From positions 8,306,873 to 8,370,872 of the forward strand of contig MU055178.1 in the NCBI GenBank assembly GCA_013239625.1: 64,000 nucleotides of DNA. Direction: 5' to 3'. The stretch is from Lama guanicoe. Lineage: Eukaryota. A model generated the notes under the pieces. That model was given only the letters and a program-made list of their open reading frames with translations, searched no databases and was not told the origin of the DNA. The translations under genes were made by a program, and so were the position numbers. Positions 13,101 to 23,725 of this stretch are shown one piece after another (position 1 is the first letter of the stretch; every line of letters begins with the position of its first letter).

Positions 13101-16100
13101 CCCCTGGGACTCCTGGCTTGGTGCAGGGCGCGGGGAGAAGGAAGAGCAGGAAGTGCCCACTCTCCCTCATGTCGCCACCATTTTTGCTCCCCAAGGTCTC
13201 TGGACCTGACAGGGCCCCTGCTGCTGGGCGGGGTGCCTGACCTGCCCGAGAGCTTCCCCGTCCGCACCCGGCACTTTGTGGGCTGCATGAGGAACCTGCA
13301 GGTGGACAGTCGGCATGTCGACATGGCCGACTTCATTGCCAACAACGGCACCGTGCCTGGTATGGGAGCTGGGGTGGGGGCAAGGCCAGGGACCCAATGC
13401 AGACAGGTATGAGGACACCTGCATGTGGGGGTCTCGAAGCCCCCTCCAGCCACTGCCCCAGGTTTTCTGTTTGGAGCCTCTGCTTGAGCGCCCTCCTCTC
13501 CATTCTAGGCTGCCCTGCCAAGAAGAACGTGTGTGACAGCAACACTTGCCACAATGGGGGCACCTGTGTGAACCAGTGGGATGCGTTCAGCTGCGAGTGC
13601 CCTCTGGGCTTCGGGGGCAAGAGCTGTGCCCAGGGTAGGAGGGGCAGCTTTCAGAGGCCAGGGCTGGGAGCCGTCAGCAGTGCTGGGAACACTGGCAGGG
13701 TCGGGGCAGGTACTGGGCAGGGCCCAATTCATCTGGGCTGTGGGTGGAAAAGCGTGTCTGGGCAGAGCCCTGAGAGGGTAGCATGGGAGACAAAGGGCCC
13801 AGTCAGGGGCAGGCCTGGGCACAGTGCAGGGCGGGCCCAAGGCAGGTAAGTGCTCTAGAGGGCAGGGCCGATGTGGAGAGTGGGCACCAGGAGAGGCTGT
13901 GCCCTGACTCCCATAGAGCCATCGCTGTTGAGCATCGTAGTCTGGGGGCACTAGGCCACTCCGCCCCTCGGCATCTGCTGTTATCTGCCTCCCCAGAAAT
14001 GGCCAATCCGCAGCGCTTCCTGGGCAGCAGCCTGGTGGCCTGGCATGGCCTCTCGCTGCCCATCTCCCAACCCTGGCACCTCAGCCTTATGTTCCGCACA
14101 CGCCAGGCCGACGGCGTCCTGCTGCAGGCTGTCACCAGGGGGCGCAGCACCATCACCCTGCAGGTAACGCAGGGAGGGATAGGGGGGCAGGCTGGCCAGG
14201 GTTGGTCAAAGATGGCAGGGCGGAGTCTTTCCCCTGAATGAAGAGGCAGCTGGGTTCGTTTGGTGGATCGGTGCTGCCATCTGTTGGGGCCAAGGGAAAT
14301 ACATTTTCCTCTCTGGCCTCAGCTGAGCAGTAGGATGGGTTTGGTGGTCCAGGAAGGAGAACAGTGGGTTGGAACAAGAGCTGATGAAGGCAGGCTGCTG
14401 ACGCTCTTTTCTCCCGGTGCCAGCTTCGGGAGGGCCACGTGGTGCTGAGCGTGGAGGGCACAGGGCTCCAGGCCTCATCTCTCCGGCTGGAGCCCGGCCG
14501 GGCCAATGATGGCGACTGGCACCATGCACAGCTGGCACTGGGAGCCAGTGGGGGCCCCGGCCATGCCATTCTGTCCTTTGACTATGGGCAGCAGCGGGCA
14601 GAGGGCAACCTGGGCCCCCGGCTGCATGGGCTGCACCTGAGCAACATTACAGTCGGGGGAGTGCCTGGGCCGGCCAGTGGTGTGGCCCGCGGCTTCCGGG
14701 GCTGTTTGCAGGTAAGTATCCTCCCCTGCCTTCCCATCTCCAGCACCTGGAGGCCTTCTCTGCAAAGAGCCAACACTACCCCTGTCCCCCCAGGGTGTTC
14801 GGGTAAGCGAGACGCCTGAAGGTGTTAGCAGTCTGGATCCCAGCCATAGGGAAAGCATCAATGTAGAGCCAGGCTGCAGCCTGCCAGACCCCTGTGACTC
14901 GAACCCGTGCCCTGCCAACAGCTATTGCAGTGATGACTGGGACAGCTATTCCTGCAGCTGTGATCCTGGTATGCCAGGGATCCAGGGACAGTGCGGGGGT
15001 CTTACTCTGGCCCTTCTGTGTGATCTGGGGCCAATCACATCACCTCTCTGAGTCTCTCCTCCTGCACTATAAGCTATAGCAGCTGGTATGATGCTCAGAG
15101 TAGAAAGAGGTGGACGAAGGCAGGTGTGAGGAAAGTGCCAGGGGAGGGTTGGGATTAAGCCTCTCCTGTCCTTCTGGTCCCAGGTTACTATGGTGACAAC
15201 TGTACTAACGTATGTGACCTGAACCCATGTGAGCATCACTCCACATGTACCCGAAAGCCCAGTGCCCCCCATGGCTATACCTGCGAGTGTCCCCAAAATT
15301 ACCTTGGGCCGTACTGTGAAACCAGGTAAGTGGACTAGGGCATGCAGCAGCAGGTCCCAGTGGCCACTGCCTACATCTGGTGTGTCCCTCAGAGCACTGA
15401 GAACCTGGCTGAGCCACAGCCAGAGTCAGAAGGGCCACACATGGCTCCACCAGATGGGGGTGGAAGAGGGAGCTCATTCCTGCCTGGGCCCTTCTCTGCA
15501 GGATTGACCAGCCTTGCCCCCGAGGCTGGTGGGGACACCCCACGTGCGGCCCATGTAACTGTGACGTCAGCAAAGGCTTTGATCCAGACTGCAACAAGAC
15601 AAGCGGCGAGTGCCACTGCAAGGTGACAGTCTCGACCTAGGCCTCCATAGTGGGTGCCTGGGCCTCTGTTCTGTACCTCCTGGGCTCTTAAGTGGGGCAG
15701 CGGAGAAAGCCTTCCTGCAGAGAACTGGGGGTAACGTGCCTTGGCTCCACTACAGTGGGCAAGTGGCTGTTGTCCTCATGTGTCTAGGGTGTGGGGGGAC
15801 CCAGGACCTATACTTAACCAGCAGGACAGTGGGCCAGCTGTCCTGCTTTTTTGCAGCCTGTTCTGTTTGGCTGGTGCTCCATTGGTGGATTAAACTCCAA
15901 GTAAATAATTGTTACGTATTTTGAATATACTACTCTGGTGCTGGGGACCTGAGGTCAGAGAATGAGTCCATGAGCATCCAAGGAAGAGAGCCTGAGCCAG
16001 TGACCCCGTCCTCCCTCCTCCCTCCCAGGAGAACCACTACCGGCCCCCTGGCAGCCCGACCTGCCTCCTGTGTGACTGCTACCCAACAGGCTCTCTGTCC

Positions 16101-19100
16101 CGAGTCTGCGACCCTGAGGACGGCCAGTGTCCATGCAAGCCAGGCGTCATTGGGCGCCAGTGTGACCGCTGTGACAACCCTTTTGCTGAGGTCACTACCA
16201 ATGGCTGTGAAGGTGAGGCTCCTGCAATAGGTAGCCCTCCCCGCTGTTTGCCAGACCCCAGTGTCCTGGGGAGGCCAGGGCCAGGGGCTGGTTGCAGGCC
16301 TGCGGCTGCTGAGGGTGGGCTGGGGAGCCTGGCCAGAGCTGTAGGGGGACAGCTGCTCCTGAGTGACCGTCTGTGCTTCCCTGCAGTGAATTACGACAGC
16401 TGCCCACGGGCCATTGAGGCTGGGATCTGGTGGCCCCGTACCCGCTTCGGGCTGCCTGCTGCTGCCCCCTGCCCCAGAGGCTCCTTTGGTAGGTGCTGGA
16501 GGCCTGGAATGTGAGATTGAGGTCTTGGCCTCTCATCAGTGGGGTGAAGGTGGGGAGCCCCTGGCTGCAGATCCTGGGACCCTACTTTTCTGGGCTCGAG
16601 ATCCTGGAGACTCCACATTCCATACTTCCTTGGCTCACTGTTCCCCTGCTCCCACGGCTGCCTAGGTGAAGGGTGCCTATATCCTGGACTCTTAAGAAAA
16701 GTGCTGAAAATCCTGCAGTGTGCCTGGCACAGGGCTGGGTACTAGAGATTCAAAGTTGAGTCATGCAGGTTCCCATCCTCAGCTCACCACCTAGTACTGG
16801 AGTTATGTCTAGGGAGTAGGGTAGGGGAGGTAGGGTGCTGTCCCAGGGGACCAGCCCTGGGATGGGAGCTGGCGCTGGTCCTTGGATTGATGATGAGCAG
16901 TTCATAAGCAGAGAATGGAGAGAGTGCAAGGTGGTGGCTAGAGAGGGACCACCACGTCCGGGGGCTCCAGGCCATATGCTCTGTGCTCTGTAGCCCTCAT
17001 CTGGGCTGATGTTGCAGAGTTTTTGGCTCTGGTGTTCTCCACACACGCCTCCCTGTCTTCACCTAGGGTACAGGAGGGCAGGGCCTTCGTCTTCTTGTCT
17101 CCTGTCTCTGGCCCATGAGGGGCCGACCCCAGAAGGACTCAGCCAGGTCTCAGCAGTCTCCTGTCTCTCTCCCTGAGGCCTCCTGTGTCTCTCCCTCTTG
17201 GCTTCCTTTCCTCAGGGACTGCTGTGCGCCACTGTGACGAGCACAGAGGCTGGCTCCCCCCAAACCTCTTCAACTGCACATCGGTCACCTTTTCAGAACT
17301 GAAGGGCTTTGTAAGTGAAGCTTCTCATCTCCATCTCCTTACTCCCCCCTCACCCTACCTGCCCCCGCCAGTATGACTTAACCTCCTCCCCAGCTTTGAG
17401 AAAGGGGACTCTGGAATTCTAAACCCTGCCTCCCAGGGCCCCCACCTGGAGCCCTTTTACTCCAGAGTTCCAGTTCTGCCCTTTGGGTACCTCACTGCCA
17501 TCCTCCTGTGCTAACCCCCTATCTGACTCCATCCCAGGCTGAGCGGCTACAGCGAAATGAATCAGGCCTGGACTCAGGGCGCTCCCAGCGGCTGGCCCTG
17601 CTTCTGCGCAACGCTACCCAGCACACGGCTGGCTACTTCGGCAGTGACGTCAAGGTGGCCTACCAGCTGGCCACACGGCTACTGGCCCACGAGAGTGCCC
17701 AGCGGGGCTTTGGACTTTCTGCCACACAGGATGTGCACTTCACCGAGGTGGGGCTTGGAGTGGGCAGGGCTGGGGGTGGTGGTCATGGTGAGTGAGCTTG
17801 CTCCTGGAAACCTGGGGGCAGAGTGGGGGACACTCCTCACCCCTGCCTTTAGGGAGTTCCCAGCTGGTGTGAGGCCTCCATGAGACCCCCTGAGCCACAG
17901 CCCATCACGTGGGTAATTTAGAGTGCCTCTTCCCAGTCCCTTTCATAGCAAGGTGCCCACAGAAAATGATATTTGTACTGGGGCCTGGTTTGATCAGGTT
18001 CCTTGGAGCAAAGGCCCTGTCCATTGTGCCAGGGCAGGGAGGAATCAGCATCTGGTACATCTTTATGGGTACAGACACAGGGCCTGGGAAGCTCTTAATG
18101 AGGACGAAGGATTAGAGAGAGGGGCATGGTGGGGGCAGAGGTAAGCCAGGGCAGGTCTAGGTACAGGCTGGGGCCTGGTGGTGGGGATGAGAAGGTGTGA
18201 GCCTGTGGGCACAGCCCACCGTGACTGCCCATTCCCAGAATCTGTTGCGGGTGGGCAGTGCCCTCCTGGATGCAGCCAACAAGCGGCACTGGGAGCTGAT
18301 CCAGCAGACGGAGGGTGGCACCGCTTGGCTGCTCCAGCACTATGAGGCCTATGCCAGCGCCCTGGCCCAGAACATGCGGCACACCTACCTGAGCCCCTTC
18401 ACCATCGTTACACCCAACATCGGTGAGGCTGCTGCCCCGACCGGGGAGGGCTTTGTGGAGATAGTTTCTGGCCAGCGTGGCCATATGGGGGGCCTGCCCA
18501 CCTCACCCAGGGTCTGACCTGTGACTTCTTCCTAGTTATCTCTGTAGTTCGCTTGGACAAGGGGAATTTCGCTGGGGCCAAGCTGCCCCGCTACGAGGCG
18601 CTGCGAGGCGAGCGGCCCCCAGACCTTGAGACAACTGTCATTCTGCCTGAGTCTGTCTTCAGAGGTCAGTGGGGGCCAAGGGGTGGGTCAGGGGCCAGGC
18701 TGGGGCGTCTGTGCAGGACCCAGCTGAGTGGACAGTGTTCCGATCCCAGAAACACCCACTGTGGTCAGGCCGGCGGGCCCTGGAGAGGCCCAGGAGCCAG
18801 AGGAGCTGGCACGGCGTCAGCGGCGGCACCCGGAGCTGAGCCAGGGTGAGGCTGTGGCCAGTGTCATCATCTACCGCACCCTGGCTGGGCTGCTGCCCCA
18901 TAACTACGACCCGGACAAGCGCAGCCTGAGGTGGGCAGCTGGAAAGACAAGGAATGGGTGGGGGTGCAGGTTGGGCAGGCGAGGCATAGAGAGGGGCCGG
19001 GGTTGGGGGCATCTCAGGGTGATAAGGGGGTTCCCCCAGCCACATGACTACCATGGTGACTGTGTGCCTGCCCCACTTCAGAGTTCCTAAACGCCCCATC

Positions 19101-22100
19101 ATCAACACCCCCGTGGTGAGCATCAGTGTCCATGACGATGAGGAACTGCTGCCCCGTGCTTTGGACAAGCCAGTCACGGTGCAGTTCCGGCTGCTGGAGA
19201 CGGAGGAGCGGACCAAGCCCATCTGTGTCTTCTGGAACCATTCGATCCTGTGAGCCGGCACTGCCCTACCCACAAGGCTTTGGGAGGAGAGCCCAGGCCC
19301 CTGGGCACTCCACCCTCCTTGTCCCCTGACCCTGCCTCCCTCATGCAGGGTCAGTGGCACAGGCGGCTGGTCAGCTCGAGGCTGCGAGGTTGTCTTCCGC
19401 AACGAGAGCCACGTCAGCTGCCAGTGCAACCACATGACAAGCTTCGCTGTGCTTATGGACGTGTCCCGGAGAGAGGTTGGACTCACAGTGGGCAGCCGCA
19501 GAGCTGAAGGTGGGAGCCCAAAGCACTGGGCTGGGTACTCAGGCCCTGTCCTTTCTAATCCCCCTGGCTCTCTGCCACCCACCCTGCAGAATGGAGAGAT
19601 CCTGCCACTGAAGACACTAACATACGTGGCCTTAGGGGTCACCTTGGCCACCCTACTGCTCACCTTCCTGTTCCTCACTATTCTGCGTGCCCTGCGCTCC
19701 AACCAGCACGGCATCCGACGGAACCTGACTGCCGCCCTGGGACTGGCTCAGCTGGTCTTCCTTCTGGGAATCAACCAGGCTGACCTCCCTGTAAGATGTT
19801 CCTCCTGGCACAGAAAGCTTCCTCGGCTCCCAGCCCTCTCAGGCTCCCTGATGAGTCCTCCGCAGCGCCCCCTCAGTCCCTGCTCCCGCAGCTGGGACTG
19901 ATGCTCCTGGCCCAGGGTTCCCTCCCCTCTAGCTCCCCCTTACTTCCCCAGCACCCTAGAGGTACTTTCCTCTGGCCCAGACTCGCCCTGAAGCACCTCC
20001 CAACCCCCAGGCTCTCCTCCCCTGCCTGGTGAGAGCAGAACCCATGCTCTGGGTGTGCCCTGGTCACTGACTCACAGTGGCCTTGGCCCTCAGTTTGCTT
20101 GTACAGTCATCGCCATCCTGCTGCACTTCCTGTACCTCTGCACCTTTTCCTGGGCTCTCCTGGAGGCCTTGCACCTGTACCGGGCACTCACCGAGGTGCG
20201 CGACGTCAATGCTGGCCCCATGCGCTTCTACTACATGCTGGGCTGGGGTGTGCCTGCCTTCATCACAGGTACCCCCGACCCCTGTCCCGGGCCTTGAGGT
20301 TCGACATCCCTATGCCCTAGATCCATCTTCATTCCACCACGTTCTCCCAACTCACATCCCAGGCCCGGAGGTCCTATGCCCCTATGTCCGGGGCCAAGTT
20401 CTCCATGAGCAGCCCTCTAATTTAACTCAGCTCCTGAGACCCCTACCCAGGGGCAGGGTCCCCCATCCTGGAGAGGACAGCATGGACAGATGGCGGGCAG
20501 AACCCTTCATCCTCTGCACCTGGCCCTGGGAACCCACTTGACCACCTGATTGATTCCCAAGTCCCTGACCACCCCTTCCCCTGCTGCTATCACCATACTC
20601 CCAGGTCTAGCTGTGGGCCTGGACCCCGAGGGCTATGGGAACCCCGACTTCTGCTGGCTCTCCATCTATGATACCCTTATCTGGAGTTTCGCTGGCCCCG
20701 TGGCCTTTGCTGTCTCGGTAAGTGCTAGAAAGTGGCTAGAGGTGAGCAGGCTGAGTGTGACCTCAGGATCCCCTTTAGGAATGGCTGAGGCCCCCATAGG
20801 GTGGGGTAGAAGTTGTCTGTCCCCTGATGATCCCCCTCACACCTCCCCCTCCCCTGCTAGATGAGTGTCTTCCTGTACATCCTGGCGGCCCGGGCCTCCT
20901 GTGCTGCCCAGCGGCAGGGCTTTGAGAAGAAAGGCCCTGTGTGAGTATGGGGTGTGGGTGCTGGGGCAGTGGACGGGCATTGGCGTGGGAGGCCTCTTGG
21001 CCAGACTCACAGCCCACTCCCTCCCCAGCTCAGGCCTGCGGCCCTCCTTTGCTGTCCTCCTGCTGCTGAGCGCCACATGGCTGCTGGCACTGCTCTCGGT
21101 CAACAGTGACACCCTCCTCTTCCACTACCTCTTTGCTGCTTGTAATTGCATCCAGGTACCTGGCCCAGCCCATGCCCTGTGGGAGCCCCATGGAGATGGG
21201 GGCAGGGGAAGCTTGGCTGTGAGGTGCTTTAATAAGCACTTAGACAGTTGCTGCCTCTTGCCTCCCAGGGCCCCTTCANNNNNNNNNNNNNNNNNNNNNN
21301 NNNNNNNNNNNNNNNNNNNNNNNNNNNNNNNNNNNNNNNNNNNNNNNNNNNNNNNNNNNNNNNNNNNNNNNNNNNNNNNNNNNNNNNNNNNNNNNNNNNN
21401 NNNNNNNNNNNNNNNNNNGAGGGGTTGTGGGGAGTGGGAAGAGGCAGGAAGCCCAAGGAGCCTGTGCTTTTGTCCCACTTTCTCTCCATCCTTAAATCCT
21501 TTCCTGGAAGGAGGAAGGGGTGGTGAAATGGTATGTGTGGCCTGGGGGGAAGGGGACATGGGTAGAGGGGTGGGGAAGAGAATTTTGACTTGGAGGAGAT
21601 GGGAATGGAGCTTAGAAGAAAAAGGTTGAGGAAGTGGCCAAGACGGATAATCAGGTCATAAATGCCCACACCTGAGAATCCCTTGTGCGTCTTGGTCAAT
21701 CTTTTGTCTCCCAGGATGCTTTCAGGAGACAATTCCTGGTGCCATCTTTTGCCAGCAAACCCTTATGCAGCTGAGTCCAGGGTGCTGGGGGTGCACACAG
21801 AATGGCACAGCTATGGCAGAGCTACGGCCCCTGTTAGGCCCTGAGTCAGGGGGCAGCAGAGATGTGGGGCCTCTCTCTTCCAGTCCTGGGCAGATGGGAG
21901 TGGAAATTCTCTCAGCCCTTCCACTTCCCAGCCTGGGGCCCCCACATCCTACTCCCCGGCTTACTGATCTCTCTCTTCCCTGCCTAGTCCTACAACTGCC
22001 CTAGCCCGTTCACAGACGGAAGGCTGTACCAGCCCTACGGAGACTCCGCTGGCTCTGTGCACAGTGCCAGCCGCTCGGGCAAGAGTCAGCCCAGCTACAT

Positions 22101-23725
22101 CCCCTTCCTGCTGAGGTGAGCTCTGGCGATGGGAGGGTGGGGCAGGGGAGAAGAGCATCCGGCATGTTAGACCCAGACCAGCGACTGCTAGGGGTCATGG
22201 AGCACACACCATGGCTGACACGGTGGCAGCTTGAACTAGAAGCAGTGAGGGACCTGGGGCAGGAACGGGAAAACCCAGGAAAGAGAATGGGACACCGGAC
22301 GAGGAGCCAGGCTGACGCTTCCAGTATATTTTGTCTTTTCAGGGAGGAGTCCACACTGAACCCTGGCCAAGGGCCCCCTGGCCTGGGGGACCCAGGTGGC
22401 CTATTCCTGGAAGGTCAAGACCAGCAGCATGGTGAGGACGGAAGCTCCTGATGGCCAGGGAAGGTGGGGGGCGCTGCTGCCTAACTTTTGCTGAGGGTGG
22501 GCAGAGGTGGATGGGCTGCCTGTGATCTCTCCCCCACTTCCCAGATCCCGACACAGACTCTGACAGTGACCTGTCCCTGGAAGATGACCAGAGTGGCTCC
22601 TATGCCTCTACCCACTCGTCAGACAGCGAGGAAGAGGAAGAGGAGGAGCGGGAGGCCGCCTTCCCTGGAGAGCCAGGCTGGGACAGCCTGCTGGGGCCTG
22701 GGGCCGAGAGACTGCCCCTGCACAGTACCCCCAAGGGTGGGCCAGCGCAGGGTTGTGGCTTTGTAGGGCAGTGGGAGGGCAAAGGATCTGGGATTCCTGG
22801 GAAGCAAGACTAGGGTAGTGACTCTCCTAGCTGTCTGCCTCATCTACTTCCTTTCTCCACCAGATGGGGGCCTGGGACCTGGGAAAGCCCCCTGGCCAGG
22901 AGACTTTGGGACCACAGCAAAGGAGGGTGGTGGCAGTGGAGCCTCTGAAGAGCGGCCGAGGGAGAATGGAGATGCCATGCCTCGGGAGGGGTCCGTGGGC
23001 CCCATTCCAGGACCTTCTGCCCAACCTCACAAAGGTGAGTGGGGAATGCCCAGCTGTGCTTTCCCCATGAGCAACCTCACACCTCACCTTGGCCCTGTGG
23101 CTGGCAGGGCTCTCTAGGGCAGCCCCCTGCTCCTTCCACCTGCTCCTCATGGCTCCCGCCCTTTGGCCCACAGGCATCCTCAAGAAGAAGTGTCTGCCCA
23201 CCATCAGCGAGAAGAGCAGCCTCCTACGGCTACCCCTGGAGCAGGGCACAGGGTCTTCCCGGGGCTCCTCAGCCAGCGAGGGCAGCCGGGGAGGGCCCCC
23301 TCCCCGCCCTCCACCCCGGCAGAGCCTCCAGGAGCAGCTGAATGGGGTCATGCCCATCGCCATGAGCATCAAGGCAGGCACGGTGGATGAGGACTCATCA
23401 GGCTCGGAGTGAGTGTGGCTGGGTGGGCGGGACAGGGTGCAACCCAGCATAGGCCCTGCCGCCAGACCACCCCAGGCCTTTCTGGTTGGCAGAGTGTGGC
23501 CCAGCTCCCTTTAGGCGACGTGCCCACAAATACAGTGCCCTGTGGGGTCAGCCCCGCCCAGCATTGGGCAGAGTGAGGGAGGGTGGGGAGCTGGGGTTGC
23601 TTTTCTGTTTCCTTCTTCTGGTGAAGCTTCTGTCTCCTCTGCTCCAACTAACCCTCTGTCTGCCTTTTTCTGTCACTTTCCTTTCCTGCCTCTCCAGATT
23701 TCTCTTCTTTAACTTCCTGCATTAA
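839..23725 (+). CDS. CELSR2: Cadherin EGF LAG seven-pass G-type receptor 2 (Flamingo homolog, ADGRC2), 34 coding exons, about 2922 aa
   Basis: Leu-rich signal peptide, furin site RRKR (1346-1357), cadherin repeats (DxNDNxP, LDRE/LDYE), EGF, two LamG, EGF-Lam, HormR, GAIN/GPS (CQCNHM|TSFAVLM), 7TM, C-terminus EFLFFNFLH*. All visible exon boundaries are GT-AG and phase-compatible. Confidence 0.98.
887..916 (+). repeat. Coding (CTG)n repeat encoding Leu10 of the signal peptide
   Basis: (CTG)2 CTA (CTG)7. Confidence 0.9.
8632..9279 (+). CDS. CELSR2: CELSR2 exon 2 (partly N-masked, 9020-9175)
   Basis: DGVHSVTAQC...CREGYTG; CAG acceptor, GTGAG donor. Confidence 0.95.
9495..9700 (+). mobile_element. 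MIR SINE
   Basis: Core motif gctgtgtgaccttgggcaaattacttaacctctctgtgcct...gttgtgaggatta. Confidence 0.8.
10031..10922 (+). repeat. Dispersed 50-bp direct repeat pair (10031-10080 and 10873-10922) in CELSR2 intron 2
   Basis: caggggccagaacaccccYaagcttgcttggtagccctcgcacYgaaggc, 48/50 identical. Confidence 0.9.
11247..11469 (+). CDS. CELSR2: CELSR2 exon 3 (EGF, start of LamG1)
   Basis: EHCEVSARSGRC...FTLALS; AG/GT. Confidence 0.95.
11870..11985 (+). CDS. CELSR2: CELSR2 exon 4
   Basis: FATKERDGLLLYNGRFNEKHDF; AG/GT. Confidence 0.95.
12161..12249 (+). CDS. CELSR2: CELSR2 exon 5
   Basis: ESTTTVSP...DGQWHTVQLKYYNK; AG/GT. Confidence 0.95.
12653..12810 (+). CDS. CELSR2: CELSR2 exon 6
   Basis: PLLGQTGLPQGPSEQK...GGSKK; AG/GT. 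Confidence 0.95.
13196..13359 (+). CDS. CELSR2: CELSR2 exon 7
   Basis: SLDLTGPLLLGGVP...NNGTVP; AG/GT. Confidence 0.95.
13509..13634 (+). CDS. CELSR2: CELSR2 exon 8 (EGF)
   Basis: CPAKKNVCDSNTCHNGGTC; AG/GT. Confidence 0.95.
13997..14163 (+). CDS. CELSR2: CELSR2 exon 9 (LamG2)
   Basis: MANPQRFLGSS...TITLQ; AG/GT. Confidence 0.95.
14424..14711 (+). CDS. CELSR2: CELSR2 exon 10 (LamG2)
   Basis: LREGHVVL...GFRGCLQ; AG/GT. Confidence 0.95.
14794..14968 (+). CDS. CELSR2: CELSR2 exon 11 (EGF)
   Basis: GVRVSETP...YSCSCDP; AG/GT. Confidence 0.93.
15184..15325 (+). CDS. CELSR2: CELSR2 exon 12 (EGF)
   Basis: YYGDNCTNVCDLNPCEH...YCET; AG/GT. Confidence 0.93.
15502..15622 (+). CDS. CELSR2: CELSR2 exon 13
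   Basis: IDQPCPRGWWGHPTCGPC...CHCK; AG/GT. Confidence 0.93.
16029..16212 (+). CDS. CELSR2: CELSR2 exon 14 (laminin-type EGF)
   Basis: ENHYRP...CDCYPTGS...NGCE; AG/GT. Confidence 0.93.
16387..16488 (+). CDS. CELSR2: CELSR2 exon 15 (HormR)
   Basis: NYDSCPRAIEAGIWWPRT; AG/GT. Confidence 0.93.
17216..17310 (+). CDS. CELSR2: CELSR2 exon 16
   Basis: TAVRHCDEHRGWLPPNLFNC; AG/GT. Confidence 0.93.
17538..17747 (+). CDS. CELSR2: CELSR2 exon 17 (GAIN)
   Basis: AERLQRNES...QDVHFTE; AG/GT. Confidence 0.93.
18239..18422 (+). CDS. CELSR2: CELSR2 exon 18
   Basis: NLLRVGSALL...VTPNI; AG/GT. Confidence 0.93.
18536..18664 (+). CDS. CELSR2: CELSR2 exon 19
   Basis: ISVVRLDKGNF...PESVFR; AG/GT. Confidence 0.93.
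18750..18930 (+). CDS. CELSR2: CELSR2 exon 20
   Basis: TPTVVRP...YDPDKRSL; AG/GT. Confidence 0.93.
19082..19249 (+). CDS. CELSR2: CELSR2 exon 21
   Basis: VPKRPIINTPVVS...CVFWNHSI; AG/GT. Confidence 0.93.
19349..19475 (+). CDS. CELSR2: CELSR2 exon 22 (GPS cleavage site and tethered agonist)
   Basis: GGWSARGCE...CQCNHMTSFAVLMDVSRRE; AG/GT. Confidence 0.95.
19590..19790 (+). CDS. CELSR2: CELSR2 exon 23 (TM1-2)
   Basis: NGEILPLKTLTYVALG...NQADLP; AG/GT. Confidence 0.95.
20094..20268 (+). CDS. CELSR2: CELSR2 exon 24 (TM3-4)
   Basis: FACTVIAILLHF...GWGVPAFIT; AG/GT. Confidence 0.95.
20605..20717 (+). CDS. CELSR2: CELSR2 exon 25
   Basis: LAVGLDPEGYGNPDFCWLS; AG/GT. Confidence 0.95.
20861..20940 (+). 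CDS. CELSR2: CELSR2 exon 26
   Basis: MSVFLYILAARASC...KKGP; AG/GT. Confidence 0.92.
21029..21155 (+). CDS. CELSR2: CELSR2 exon 27 (TM6-7)
   Basis: SGLRPSFAVLLLL...CNCIQ; AG/GT. Confidence 0.93.
21269..21391 (+). CDS. CELSR2: CELSR2 exon 28 (mostly N-masked; end inferred from ortholog length)
   Basis: CCCAG|GGC CCC TTC A (GPF) followed by the N-run 21279-21418. Confidence 0.7.
21988..22115 (+). CDS. CELSR2: CELSR2 exon 29
   Basis: SYNCPSPFTDGRLYQPYGDS...IPFLL; AG/GT. Confidence 0.92.
22343..22431 (+). CDS. CELSR2: CELSR2 exon 30
   Basis: EESTLNPGQGPPG...QDQQH; AG/GT. Confidence 0.92.
22545..22736 (+). CDS. CELSR2: CELSR2 exon 31 (acidic region)
   Basis: PDTDSDSDLSLEDDQSGSYASTHSSDSEEEEEE...HSTPK; AG/GT. 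Confidence 0.93.
22864..23034 (+). CDS. CELSR2: CELSR2 exon 32
   Basis: GGLGPGKAPWPGDF...AQPHK; AG/GT. Confidence 0.92.
23174..23408 (+). CDS. CELSR2: CELSR2 exon 33
   Basis: ILKKKCLPTISEKSS...DEDSSGS; AG/GT. Confidence 0.93.
23698..23725 (+). CDS. CELSR2: CELSR2 exon 34, coding part
   Basis: Long polypyrimidine tract, CAG|A TTT CTC TTC TTT AAC TTC CTG CAT TAA (FLFFNFLH*). Confidence 0.9.

Noticed and set aside
18659-19714. 351-aa antisense ORF across CELSR2 exons 19-23 (also 1322..2143 - and 22827..23450 -)
   Set aside because: Antisense shadows of GC-rich coding exons and short introns; no recognisable protein
21715-21774. Strong-looking acceptor (cttttgtctcccag) in CELSR2 intron 28
   Set aside because: In-frame stop after 19 codons and no convincing downstream donor; nothing else supports an exon
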